64,000 bases of DNA, taken from positions 59,683 through 123,682 of the forward strand of contig NIVC01003039.1 in assembly GCA_002269645.1 (NCBI GenBank), read 5' to 3'. This DNA is from Macrostomum lignano. Lineage: Eukaryota. Both the position numbers and the translations under genes were made by a program. Below are positions 35,340-64,000 of the stretch, in pieces. Position 1 is the stretch's first letter. Each line of letters begins with the position of its first letter. Below the pieces are notes generated by a model. It ran no database searches, was not told where the DNA came from, and saw nothing but the letters and a program-made list of their open reading frames with translations.

Positions 35340-36530
35340 CGACTACCCGACGACCACCATGCCAAGCAGCCCTGCCCATCGACCGCGTCTCCTGATTGTT
35401 ATCTTTATAGATTTCAAGAAGGCATTCGACTCTGTCGTCAAGGTCTGTGCTCCCAAAGGTGCTCCGTGCGTACAACGTGCCAGATCGAGCAGCTGATTTC
35501 CGCCATCATAGCGATGTACTGTGATACGAAAGCTGCTGTTTCAACATCGGATGGCCTAGCTATCGGACTTATTTGAGACATCCTCCGGGGTGCTTTAGGG
35601 AGATACGCTTGCGCCGTTCCTGTTCGTTCTGGTGCTTGACTGGGTGTTGCGGACCGCTCTTCCTACCATGAAATGACGACGGCTTTCTGTTGCGGCGACG
35701 CGTGGGTCGACGTCAAAAAGAGAGGCGCCTCAGCGTGCCTCGGCGTACGACGATCTCGCCCTGCTGTTCTTAACTGTCGAGGGCCCAGCGACAACTGGAC
35801 AAGCTTAGTTTTTGTTGCGGCGAGTGTCGGCCTGGAGGTCAACACGCAGAAGACCGTCGTGCTCTGTGCGCCGGACGACATCGAGGCTGCGATTTTGTGC
35901 CGAAGCGCTGATGGACAGGCGACAGAGCTTTCGCGTTGCCAGCAGTTTGTCTACCTTAGAGGTCTGGTTCCCGACGTCCGCAAGGATTTGCGGCGTCGCC
36001 GCGGGCTTGTCTGGGCTGCCTTTCGTTCTATGAGAGCAGTCCTGCAGTCCGAGGCCTTACCTGACCGTGATCGAGACCATCCTTGCTATACAACGGCCGA
36101 GACTGGACGCTGACGGAGTCGCACGAGCAACAAGTTGACGCGGCGCACGCTGGCCTGCTGGCGTAGCCGCCTTCAAAATGGGCTACGAGCAAGTGACCAA
36201 CGCGGCTTTGTATCGCCGCGCCGGCCTGGTCCGTCTAAGCGACCTGCTGTGCCGTCGGCAACTCTAGCTGACAGGCCACATCATCTGCGCCGAGTCGTAC
36301 TGCCCAGAGCCGGTGGAGGAGATGCTGCTGCTAACGCTGCAGGCACCCTACCGGCAGGGGCAGGCGCGCACTCGGCGTTTCGTCGACTGCCTGCTGGCTG
36401 ACGCCGGCGCCCCGGATTCAGCCGGCGGCGTGGCGTTCATTCGCGACCTGGCCTTGAAGCGCGCCCTGTGACGCTAACTGCGTATTATGTTGTTGTTGTT
36501 GCTTTTGTTTTTGTTGTTGTTTTTGTTGTG
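35340..36530 (+). mobile_element. 5'-truncated, decayed non-LTR retrotransposon (RTE-like reverse transcriptase)
   Basis: FIDFKKAFDSV, SGVL*GDTLAPFLFVLVLDWVLR, a degraded YADD motif (AY-DDLALL), GLEVNTQKT, FVYL and DLRRRRGLVWAAF, ending in a (TGT)n-type tail at about 36487-36530. Confidence 0.88.
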
Positions 36531-37067
36531 GTATGAAATGTGAGTAGTGAATGCGCCGGCCGCAGGGCATGGAATAGAAGCTGAGGATCAAAGTGGAAGA
36601 TCACAGACTATGAGTATGAGCCGAACTTAAATCATCATAACAGTAAACAATACTTCTAAATAAGTCCCCGTAGGAGGTGAATCACGAGAGAATCCTGCGA
36701 CCCGCACTTCCGCATCCCCTGCTGCATCGAACTCATCCAGGATAAAGACATTTATTATTTGTTTATTATTAGTTATTTATTACAATCGACCCTTGGAATC
36801 TTGGGGCTCAGGAGGGAATCGTAGTTTAAAACCGCTCACCAGCTATAAGATCCCCCTATGCAAAATTCCTCGTTTCCAGCACTGACTAGACTTGTCCTTG
36901 TATGCCTCGCATAGAGTCCCTTAATCGGCCATTTCTAGTACAGTTGGGTCAAGAAGCTTCGTCCTTTACAGGCCGGGAGTCCCGTCTCGCTAGTGGGAGT
37001 TTTTACTTGGTGTACTCCAGCACAGGTGACTGGTGGCGGCCGCGCTTCTGGCGTGTACCTTCAAACC

Positions 37068-37306
37068 CGGGCCTGCTGTCGAGATTTGCCCGCAGTGCAA
37101 TTTGCTTACGAGTGAACTGCCCGCGAACGAGTTGCCCGTCGAGTTTTTTTCCGCCGAGGTTTGCCCGCAATTCTTTTTTCCTGCAGCGCATTTAGCCAGT
37201 TCAGTTCACTCGTGGGCAAATTCCACTGCGGGCAATTCTCGGCGGGCAAATCTCGGCGGGCAAATCTCGGCGGGCAATTCGTCTGCGGGCAATTCTTATG
37301 GACCCG
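37068..37306. mobile_element. Small foldback-like element with inverted arrays of TTGCCCGC subrepeats
   Basis: Left arm has TTGCCCGC copies and right arm has GCGGGCAA copies. Ends are CGGG... and ...ATGGACCCG. No TSD was found. Confidence 0.65.
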
Positions 37307-37751
37307 ACGAGATCTTGTTGCTGTACCTTTTAGCGCCAGAGCCCAGGATTTGCACAAGGTGCCTTCATGCAGCCCGGGTTACGTCAGTTCGACATATCAT
37401 TAAATAGGGTGCAAATGTGGTATTGTACATTCACCCCTTGTCAGCAAGTGCAGCCGCATCTTAGACAGCCTGACGTGTTATTCAATATAAACATGTGACG
37501 TAGTATTCCCGCTTGTAATTGTTCATTTTAAGGCAGCCGATCCATATAGAACTTCGTCGGCAACACTAAGACCGATGCACGGACCCTTCAAGAAACAGTA
37601 TACATGTACGCGTTTAAGGCGACCTAACAGACTGTCGATATTACATGTAAACAAGACGACTCCGCCAGTAAAACTTTATACAATTTGTATTACATTGTAT
37701 TAATTAATAGACGATCGACACGCAAAATACAATTCTTATATACTTGATGCA

Positions 37752-38754
37752 GGGGGAGTACGACGTTTGCTTGCGGGAAGTTTGCTTGCCGAACTTTGCT
37801 TGCAGGTATTTTGCTTGCCGAACTTTGCTTGCCAAACTTTGCTTGCGGAATTTTTCTTGCCGAACTTTGCTTGCCAAACTTTGCTTGCGGAATTTTGCTT
37901 GCTGAAGTTTGCTTGCAGGAACTTTGCCTGCCGAAGTTTGCTTGCCGAGCTTTGCTTGCAGGAATTTTTCTTGCCGAACTTTGCTTGCGAAATTTTGATG
38001 TCTGCTTTCTAGAAATTTACAATCACACAATCGCAAGGTTTTAACTCGCAGAATTATTTTCTTGTTTGCTTGCTTGTTTTGATTGCTTGTAAAGTTGGTC
38101 AGTCAATTATTACTTACTACAGATGCTTTGCAAGTGGATTCTTATCAGGGTCGACGTAAACTGACTTGACACTGAGCTTTCAAACTAGGCTTATAGAGTT
38201 TCATTCTAAGAATGTAGTATATAGAATGCTTAGAGATTTAGTATAGGTAGATAGGGATCGGTAACAGTGTAAATCTTTGTAGTTCCTGATTTCAGCACGA
38301 TTGAGCAGGTATGATAATTGCAGTGATGCTAATGTATGATAATGCATATACTAATAATATTTTAGTACATAAAATGTAATTAATAATCCGCCATATCCTC
38401 ATACAAAATCATAACACTATAGACGACTTCACGAATCTTAGAAAATGAAAATTAGAAATACAAGAGCTCAAAAATAGGTTTCTTTAAGGTTCCGCTAAAC
38501 TTTGGCTGGCAAACCTCACAAGAAAATTTCCTGCAAGCAAAGTTCGGCAAGCAAATTTCCTGCAAGCAAACTTCGGCAAGCTTATGTGCAGCAAGCCAAT
38601 TTCCTGCAAGCAAAATTCGGCAAGCAAAATTCGGCAAGCAAAGTTCGGCAAGCAAAGCTCGGCAAGCAAACTTCGGCAGGCAAAATTCCGCAAGCAAAAG
38701 TCCCGCAAGCAAACTTCGGCAAGCAAACTTCTCGCAAGCAAATTTCATAGACCC
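37752..38754. mobile_element. ~1-kb foldback-like element with modular inverted arms (TTTGCTTGCCGAA subrepeats)
   Basis: Left arm about 37766-37990 and reverse-complement right arm about 38510-38745, with about 500 bp of AT-rich core between them. Flanking direct repeat GATGCA at 37746-37751 and 38755-38760. Confidence 0.8.
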
Positions 38755-38981
38755 GATGCAAGTACATTTTAAAGTAGTGTTAAAATGTATAACATCTGCG
38801 ACTTGTTTAAAATTTCTTTCTTGACATTGTCTATGGCTTAAAAAGGCAGGACACGGACGGAACCGAATGCGAGCATAAAAATTGAACGACAACAAACAGA
38901 GCTGGTTTACATGTAGAAAAGTGAATTACCCAAATAAATAGAAGCATCACTAATTTCAACGAGAATACACTGTACGTCGCC

Positions 38982-40448
38982 ATGTTCAATCAGAAGTTTC
39001 TGGATGACACTATTCCAACTCGTTCGCGCAGCAAAGCCCATGTAGATGCTGCCAGCCAAAAGACTCAAAGCACTCGGTGCAGTAGCGTTAAGCGACACGC
39101 TCAAAGTCTCTTCAAACCATGGTTCACTGGTAATAACACTGCGACATCGGGAGTAGCTGCCGCAGCCTCCGCCGCCGCGGCCGCGCTGCAAGCCGGAACC
39201 CCAATGTCCGAGCCGACTCGCAATAGTAGCAATGCGCCAGAGCTGCCCGACAGCGGCCCGTACAACTATAGCAATGTCAGTAATATGACAGCCGGTGCTG
39301 ACATGGGCGACAAGCCGATTAACAAAGACGATATTCGTCCGATGCCCTACCATGACTACAATCCGATTTTGGTGCGTCAGACTCAGAGCGACCAAGAGCT
39401 ACCAATTCACTATTGGTTCTACATCTACTTGTACAGCTCCGATGTAGATAAGTTGCTAACTCCGTTCGTTAGGATGGTTGACAGCTTTGGCACTGATCGG
39501 CGACTTACTGTCATCATGAACAGATGCGGGGTATGGACAATGGGGAGGAGAATAAAGGAGAGAAAATGAGAGGAGAGGAGAGATTAGAATGGAATACGAT
39601 CTAAAGTAGAATAGAATAGAATAGAATAGAATAGAATAGAATAGAATAGAATAGAGTAGAATAGAATAGAATAGAATAGAATAGAATAGAATAGAATAGA
39701 ATAGAATAGAATAGAATAGAATATAATAGAATAGAATAGAATAGAATAGAATAGAATAGAATAGAATAGAATAGAATAGAATAGAATAGAATAGAATAGA
39801 ATAGAATAGAATAGAATAGAATAGAATATCGAGAAGAGAAGAGAATATCGAAAAGAGAAGAGAATATCGAGAAGAGAAGAGAATATCGAGAAGAGAAGAG
39901 AATATCGAGAAGAGAAGAGAATATCGAGAAGAGAAGAGAATACAGGAGAAGATAACGGAAGAAAGGAAGGAAAGGAAAGGAGAAGAGTAGGGAGAATACT
40001 GAATGAGAAAATCAGATACACAATCAGATAGAGATCGAAGGTAAATCTTTACCTGACTACAGTTGCTATTGTTCGAGACAAGACGGGAGGTTAAAGTTAG
40101 AGCAAAGATTGTATCGCGATTAAATTTGGCTCCGAAATCATTATTTTCATACTGATATCATAATCATCCAACATCCCCTACTGTATCCTACATCTACAAT
40201 TAATGTAGGTGCAAATCCTTCTGAAGGAGCTTGAGTTGTACAAGTCTCTACCTCGGCGCATTGTGGTGATCAAGGGGGCCAAGTGGACCAGCATCGTGAA
40301 GGCTCTGATAGAGATGGAGGAGCGCCTGCCCGATCTCATGCGATTCGCCACCTTTCCGTTGCTATTGGATACGGACACCACCAAGTACGCGTGCACTAAA
40401 TTTGATCGCACCGCTTGCATCAATCGGCTCGCCAAGCTGATCCACTGA
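38982..40448 (+). CDS. Uncharacterised 262-aa protein: low-complexity N-terminus plus a compact alpha/beta (possibly TIR-like) C-terminal domain
   Basis: GCC-ATG start. Exon 1 is 38982-39530 (GGG|gtatgg) and exon 2 is 40209-40448 (tgtag|GTG..TGA); the phase-0 junction gives ..VIMNRCG|VQILLKELEL... The composition looks coding. The family was not recognised. Confidence 0.72.
39608..39935. repeat. (AATAG)n microsatellite followed by a 19-bp GAGAAGAGAAGAGAATATC repeat, inside the orphan gene intron
   Basis: Directly visible. Confidence 0.95.
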
Positions 40449-41248
40449 GTATATCTATACTATTAGACAAACCGCTCGCTTCTTTGACTAAAACGTCAAC
40501 AACGGCGTTTATAAACACTGAGAACGGAACCCGTAACGCATGCGCAGTACACTTGTAAAAGCGATATTTAGTTAACAATTTTAGTTTCCTTGTACCGATA
40601 TGTCTGTTATTTTTTACTTGACAATCCGAATTTAGCGAAACGCACAAAAGCAGTAAATAGCAAAATTCTTTTTTTCGCAACAATGCTTGAGCTTCTACTA
40701 GAAGACAAAAGAAACAGTTTCGGTACTTCAGGCGTGAAGGTATACTTGTATTTCAGTTTTTTTCTTGTCAAAAGGTATTTTACCATTTAAATAATGCTTC
40801 GAGAGTCGAGAGTTTTTGACAAAGTCTCTCTTTAAAAAAGTTTTTTGATGAAAAAACAAGCAACAATGTCTTTGTATTTCGTATTAGCAATTAGCGGGTC
40901 AATGTTTGTTTGCTGTCCAAAACAGCGCCTGTCCCCATTTTCGGGCCTTTTCAAATGTGCCAGGTCTCTGTCTCTGCCTTTACTTGAAATGGGTGCCTGA
41001 TTCCTACACATATCTAATTGCGATTCGTAGCTGCTGCAGTTTGGGGAGTTCTTCAAAATGGTAAGTCGTGCATCCTAAAGCTTTGCGCTCCAGAAAGTCC
41101 CTTGACCTATCCCCCGTGCCGCACTATCCCTCAATCAATTATAAACTAATTCATATTTCCAATGTTATTCACTAGACTTTCACTTACCATTCGCCAAAGA
41201 ATTAGACTAATCCGGTAATCCCATTCCCAAAGTCATTAGACTTCCCAT

Positions 41249-42351
41249 TAAGGAATACAATCCAGGGATCCCGGGATCCCAGAATCACGGGATTAGGCCC
41301 AAATCCCGGGATTCTAAATCCCCAGATCGACCATCGGGATCCTGATCAAGCTTTGCAATAATTCAATCATTCATTCTCGAGTAGTAGTACATGTATCTGC
41401 AGCTGAGATACTTGTCAGGTGAAAATCATAACCCAGTTGTCCTACTCTGATTTCTTAATATTTTAACCAATGCAGGCTAGAGAGTAGAAGGCTATAGGGC
41501 TGCAAGGATACAAAACAGAAGCTGTTAGCAGATCGTAAGGAGATTTAAGGTGTAATAATGGACCATCTCCATCTACTTTAAGCAGTGACTTAACTTCAAA
41601 ACTCCTTGGCCATAGTTGGGATCGGCCCACAACCCAAGCTACCCATTCTCCATCTAGGGCGGGTGCCCCTGGAAGGGTGATTTCTGATCCCCTTCTACCC
41701 TGGTATCAGTACCTCCGGCCATAGCTCTGTAAGTTACATGGGCGGCGGGAGCTTGCGGCCCCGGGGGCATGTGCCCCTCCCATAAAATGAGTCCATGCAG
41801 CACACAAAACATTGTGACCTGAATTTTCGAGTTTCTGATATTTTAGTGCTTAGTAATAGATAATATCCATATTTTTAGTGCTTTTTCTGATTTTAGGCTG
41901 TAATTAGCAGCATAGATACATGTAGACACCCGTGCCCCCGTGCCCAATGCCCAGTTACCCCCCCCCCTTAAATGTTAGGCTCCGCCGTCCCTGGTAAGCT
42001 ATCATTCCCCAGGTTATATCACAATCAAGAGTGATTTTCCTGAGCTGATACGCTCGTACTGGCACGTAAAAAGCACGACTATTACGCCAGCCCGTACATC
42101 ACCACTCCAATTCAGAGTCCATTAATGTCAGATTCTTGCTTGCAAAATATTTTATTCTGTTCTACTTTTATTATTAAAAGGATGAAAGCCCTTTAAAATT
42201 AGGTTAGATGGCTTCGTAAACCGAAATTGCACCAACAAAAATTAGAAACCTTTTCAACCCATGCCTGGATCCCGGCCCAGTTCGTCGGAATCCTGGGTTT
42301 TTCAAAGTCCGGGATATCCCGATCCCGAGAATCGCGATTTTGTATTCCCTA
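41249..42351. mobile_element. Degenerate GGGAT/ATCCC-family hAT-like element
   Basis: Left end TAAGGAATACAA and right end TTGTATTCCCTA, with GGGATCCCGGGAT subrepeats near both ends. No TSD is retained. Confidence 0.5.
41737..41993. mobile_element. 257-bp hAT-type MITE
   Basis: TIRs CATGGGCGGCGGGAGC and GCTCCGCCGTCCCTG. 8-bp TSD GTAAGTTA / GTAAGCTA (1 mismatch). Confidence 0.8.
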
Positions 42352-42836
42352 GGCCTTGACCCTGACCACTGATTGTAACTTTAAAACCGCCACCACCAGG
42401 CGCCAGGCAATCAGCGCAGCATTAAACAGCAAAACCATACATTTAAAACGTAAAAATGTTAGTAAAAAAACAATTAATATTTTTTTTCAGATGCATTTTT
42501 ATTAAAAAAACTTGTTAACGGGATTGGAAGGCAAAAACTAAGGTTTGACCTCTCGTCTCCCTCTCCCTAACTGTAGCTTTTCCGGATAAACTGGAATTTG
42601 GATTGGAATTGTAAGTTGGAAGTTGGAACCCTGGATTTCGCCAAACCTTACCTAGATTTAGAAGGAACTGGGTTGGGTCGGGTGTACGTTTCTACTCCTA
42701 TTTTGGGATGGGACGGGACGGGAGTTGGAACTTGGGGAATGAAACTCGGTTTTTAAATTCGTCTGGTCGTGCTTTTGGCAAAACCCACTGAGTATAGTCA
42801 GTCTAAGTATGAGAATTGAGAAACGACAGTTTAGGG

Positions 42837-42996
42837 CAGGGGCGGATCCAGAAATTTTTGAGGGGGGGGGGTAAGTTATACCAACCCAAGCACTACAAGT
42901 CTACAATCCAATATTGGAAAATAGACTGCAGTTACAGCAGGCCAAAAAATATGGCCATGCGGGATGCGGCCTGCCCCCCTTCTGGATCCGCTCCTG
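42837..42996. mobile_element. 160-bp hAT-type MITE
   Basis: TIRs CAGGGGCGGATCCAG and CTGGATCCGCTCCTG. 8-bp TSD GTTTAGGG / GTTTTGGG (1 mismatch). Confidence 0.85.
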
Positions 42997-44273
42997 GTTT
43001 TGGGCTCCGTGTCCCGGCAGCCTCAGCTCAATTCCAATACAACTGCCCAATACCCAAAAACGAATAGAAGACATGTTGTTGTTCCTCTCCTCTCGAGTCT
43101 CCCACTCTCCTACCGTTTTCGTATTCTTCACAGGGGCACCATAAAAGCTCCAAACAGGGAGAAACGAGAGGAAGGGGTTTATTTGTTTGCGGCCGCATGC
43201 CGCATGGTGCAATTCTCACCGGGCCCGCACCCACCCCACCAGCCTGCACAAGGGGTTTTTACATCCATGAGAGCTTGTCTGACTATTGGCTAAGTAAGAA
43301 GCGAAGGCCAGTCGGGTAAGAAAAATAAGTAAGAAAGATTTCTAGGACTAAGACCATAAGGTTCGTTCATCGTAAAACTGAAAAAAAGATAAGGCTGGAC
43401 CAACTCCCTAGAGCCCGTGCTATGTACGCTTCTAAATAAGTAAAAGAGCGTTTTGGTCCACTCAGTTTATCGACCGGTTCACCCCTCCCCTAGCCAAAAT
43501 CACGCCCAACACCCCACAATCCGACTCTTTATTAACTGGTTGGCTAGACAAAGAGGGTCGGGGCCGTCTCGTACAGTCAGGCATAATAAAAGGACGCTGT
43601 GAGGAGGGACCTTCTGGCTGGGCCTATAATTTTTCTTAACCCTCCATCCGTTCCCCTTAACCTCTTCTACACAAATGTTCCAGTTTCATAGGGGCCACCT
43701 TGTGCCCATGAGAAAGGAAGCAAAGGAGGTCTCCATGCTCCTATTTCACTTTATTCCATTCCGGCTAGCTTTGCTTAGCTTAATTTTATATTCATGTATA
43801 TATATTTTATTTTCACACACTATTTAATTAGATAAAGAGCGTAATTAAGTCAGAATCAGGCTCAATCGGCATTACTTTGTTAACTGGTATTTGAACGTCT
43901 CTCTTCTCTTACTGGCGATTGGTAGGCAGCCAAGTCGTAAGTAAGATGCTTAATGAACTGACAACTGTCGAGTTATTTTTTCTTCTAACACCTGTACCTA
44001 GTCTGACGCGAGTTGCACGAAGAAGCAAAGCCAAGCCAAAAAACAACTGAGCAAGTACAGTTTGCCTACATTATTTGCTTGTGTTTGTTTGTTCGTTCGG
44101 CTCGCGTACTGCTAGCAGGATAAGCTACCTTCCCCCGTTCTTTCTTCGATACGTATTACGTAAGTTATTTATCCCTTTTTATATTTGGCCTTGTAAAACT
44201 CCATATACATAGACTTAGTCCTGGCCGTGTCTGTCTGTATCCTGATTTCAAATGTTCGTGCTTGTCTTAGGGA

Positions 44274-45214
44274 TAGGGATTCCAAAATCCCGACATTTTA
44301 CAATCCCGGGATTGAATAGTCCCGAAATCCCGATGCTGTTGAAATCCCGGGATTCAAAATCCCGGAATCCCGGTGCTTTTGCAATCCCGGGATTAAAAAT
44401 CCCGGGATTCGATTCCCAAAAAAATCCCGGGATTCAAATCCCGGATTTTTGGCCCCAATCCCGGGATCCCGGGATCCCGGGATTGGAATCCCTAAATTGC
44501 TAGACGGACTGTGCGGCGTGCCGCGTGCAGTAGTCATGGTCTCGCGACTCTCAGAGTCTCAGGGCCTTTTCATATTACCAATTCCAGAACCAGAATCGGT
44601 TCGGAATTCAAAGAAAAACAGCAGTATAACTATTAAACTCTGTTAATATTTGACTGCCTTAACAGCCTCACTTAGCACAATTTTTCACTTTCTTCTTGGC
44701 GACTGTCATTCAATAATAAAAACTTTATAGCACGTATCTCCCTCTAGTTATGGAGACAAAAAGTTTATACTTCACAAATTGGTTCTTGTTCTGGAACCAG
44801 AGCAAGCAATATGAAAAGGCCCTCAGTCTCGTCTCGTGGTAGAAAACGAAAAAAAAGTTAAAATTATCTATAATTTACAGTTCACATTAACAATTTTTAG
44901 CTCAATTAGGACAGGAGCTTTGCAAATGTTTAACGTTTCATTGAGAAACAGCAAAAACAAATAAATGTTTTATTATTCAAATAAACGTTTAGACTTTAAA
45001 TTATCTAATTTAGGCATTGAAAGGTCGTTCTAATCCCGGACCAATCCCGGGATTAAGGCCTTGAAATCCCGGGATCCCGATCCCGGTCTTTTGCAATCCC
45101 GGGATTAAAAATCCCGGGATTCGATTCCCAAAAAAATCCTGGGATTCAAATCCCGGATTTTTGGCCCCAATCCCGGGATCCCGGGATCCCGGGATCCCGG
45201 GATTGGAATCCCTA
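44274..45214. mobile_element. 941-bp composite non-autonomous hAT-type element
   Basis: TIRs TAGGGATTCCAAAATCCCG and CGGGATTGGAATCCCTA. Perfect 8-bp TSD CTTAGGGA at 44266-44273 and 45215-45222. An internal copy of the right end finishes at 44494. Confidence 0.88.
44562..44822. mobile_element. 261-bp PIF/Harbinger-type MITE nested in the composite hAT element
   Basis: Perfect 15-bp TIR GGGCCTTTTCATATT / AATATGAAAAGGCCC with a 3-bp TSD (TCA). Confidence 0.85.
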
Positions 45215-46120
45215 CTTAGGGATCGACATCGAGTCATTATCGAAAAAATACTTTAACTTTCAAGCAAAGCAACTGGGAACTTATCTTCTAGTGCGTACAC
45301 TTCACGACTTATTGTAGTAATGAAATAATCAATGGATTCAATACTAAATAAATATAGAATTACTTGTTCGTAATCGTATGCATTTTATATCAATTTCTGT
45401 TATTACCAACTATTAGTCGTAGATAGGTGATGCTGCTGATCCATGAGCATAAATCTGTTTGTCAAACAGTCGAGGATTATATAATTCTGTAAACGACAGT
45501 AGAAACTTTTTAAAAAGCACTTGTATTTTTAAGGATTTTTAGAATATCTGCATTCTTATTGAAATCGTACTACTTGTAAGTAGGCCTTATCAGTTTGGAA
45601 AAAATGTTTCGAATATTTCAGGTATTTCACTCGTGGACGCAGAGAAAAACACACGGACGAGTTTTCAATAGTATAGCTTTTAGGCAGCAAGCTGCTCATA
45701 TGTGCCTTTCAAACATCAACAAGTTTATTTTCAAATAAGAATTGATAAGAAACGAGTTGTACAAAGTGTAAATTTCTGTACACACCAAGCATCAATGCAG
45801 GGTCTAACTATTCATTGCAAGAAGGGAAATACGTATTTCTTTCATCAAACGCACATTTTTGAACTTTGAACAGCTTCTAGCTGCCAAGGACAAAAGTGCA
45901 ACTCGCGACTAATTGAGTTTTTTTGCATTTCCAGTGCGCGCATTATAGAATTCTACTGAAAAATTAGATTAGTTAAAAATGGGTTCTTCGCTTTTCAAGT
46001 TAGTGTTTGCAAATAACAGCCAATATATAAGCTCGCTTTTGAACAGCTGTTATAATGGGGTTCAATATACCAGTACTTCAACATATGTAAATGTACATGA
46101 AGCGCTATTTCTAAATCACC

Positions 46121-64000
<17,880 letters not shown>

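Overview
Eukaryotic (animal) genomic DNA with GC-rich exons and AT-rich, tandem-repeat-filled introns. The style resembles the flatworm Macrostomum, but that is an inference. Six protein-coding genes were reconstructed by hand with GT-AG boundaries and consistent phases: the 3' part of ALIX/PDCD6IP (+, 1-4887); an intronless phosphatidylinositol synthase CDIPT/PIS (-, 8744-9424); PGAP2 (-, 6 exons, 10425-16677, mostly missed by the ORF track); an SLC16/MCT-type MFS transporter (-, 7 exons, 20522-29874); an unrecognised two-exon 262-aa gene with a possible TIR-like C-terminal domain (+, 38982-40448); and the 3' part of Dachsous (-, 46121 to beyond 64000), which carries about 8 single-base frameshifts. 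16 of the 17 introns I could define carry their own distinct minisatellite or microsatellite array. The 30-46 kb intergenic zone instead holds a sharply bounded CpG desert and a transposon island (mariner relic, RTE LINE, foldback-like elements, hAT, Harbinger and 7-bp-TSD MITEs, and a nested composite hAT element). No CRISPR, rRNA or true tRNA genes are supported. Most long ORFs in the track are repeat artefacts.
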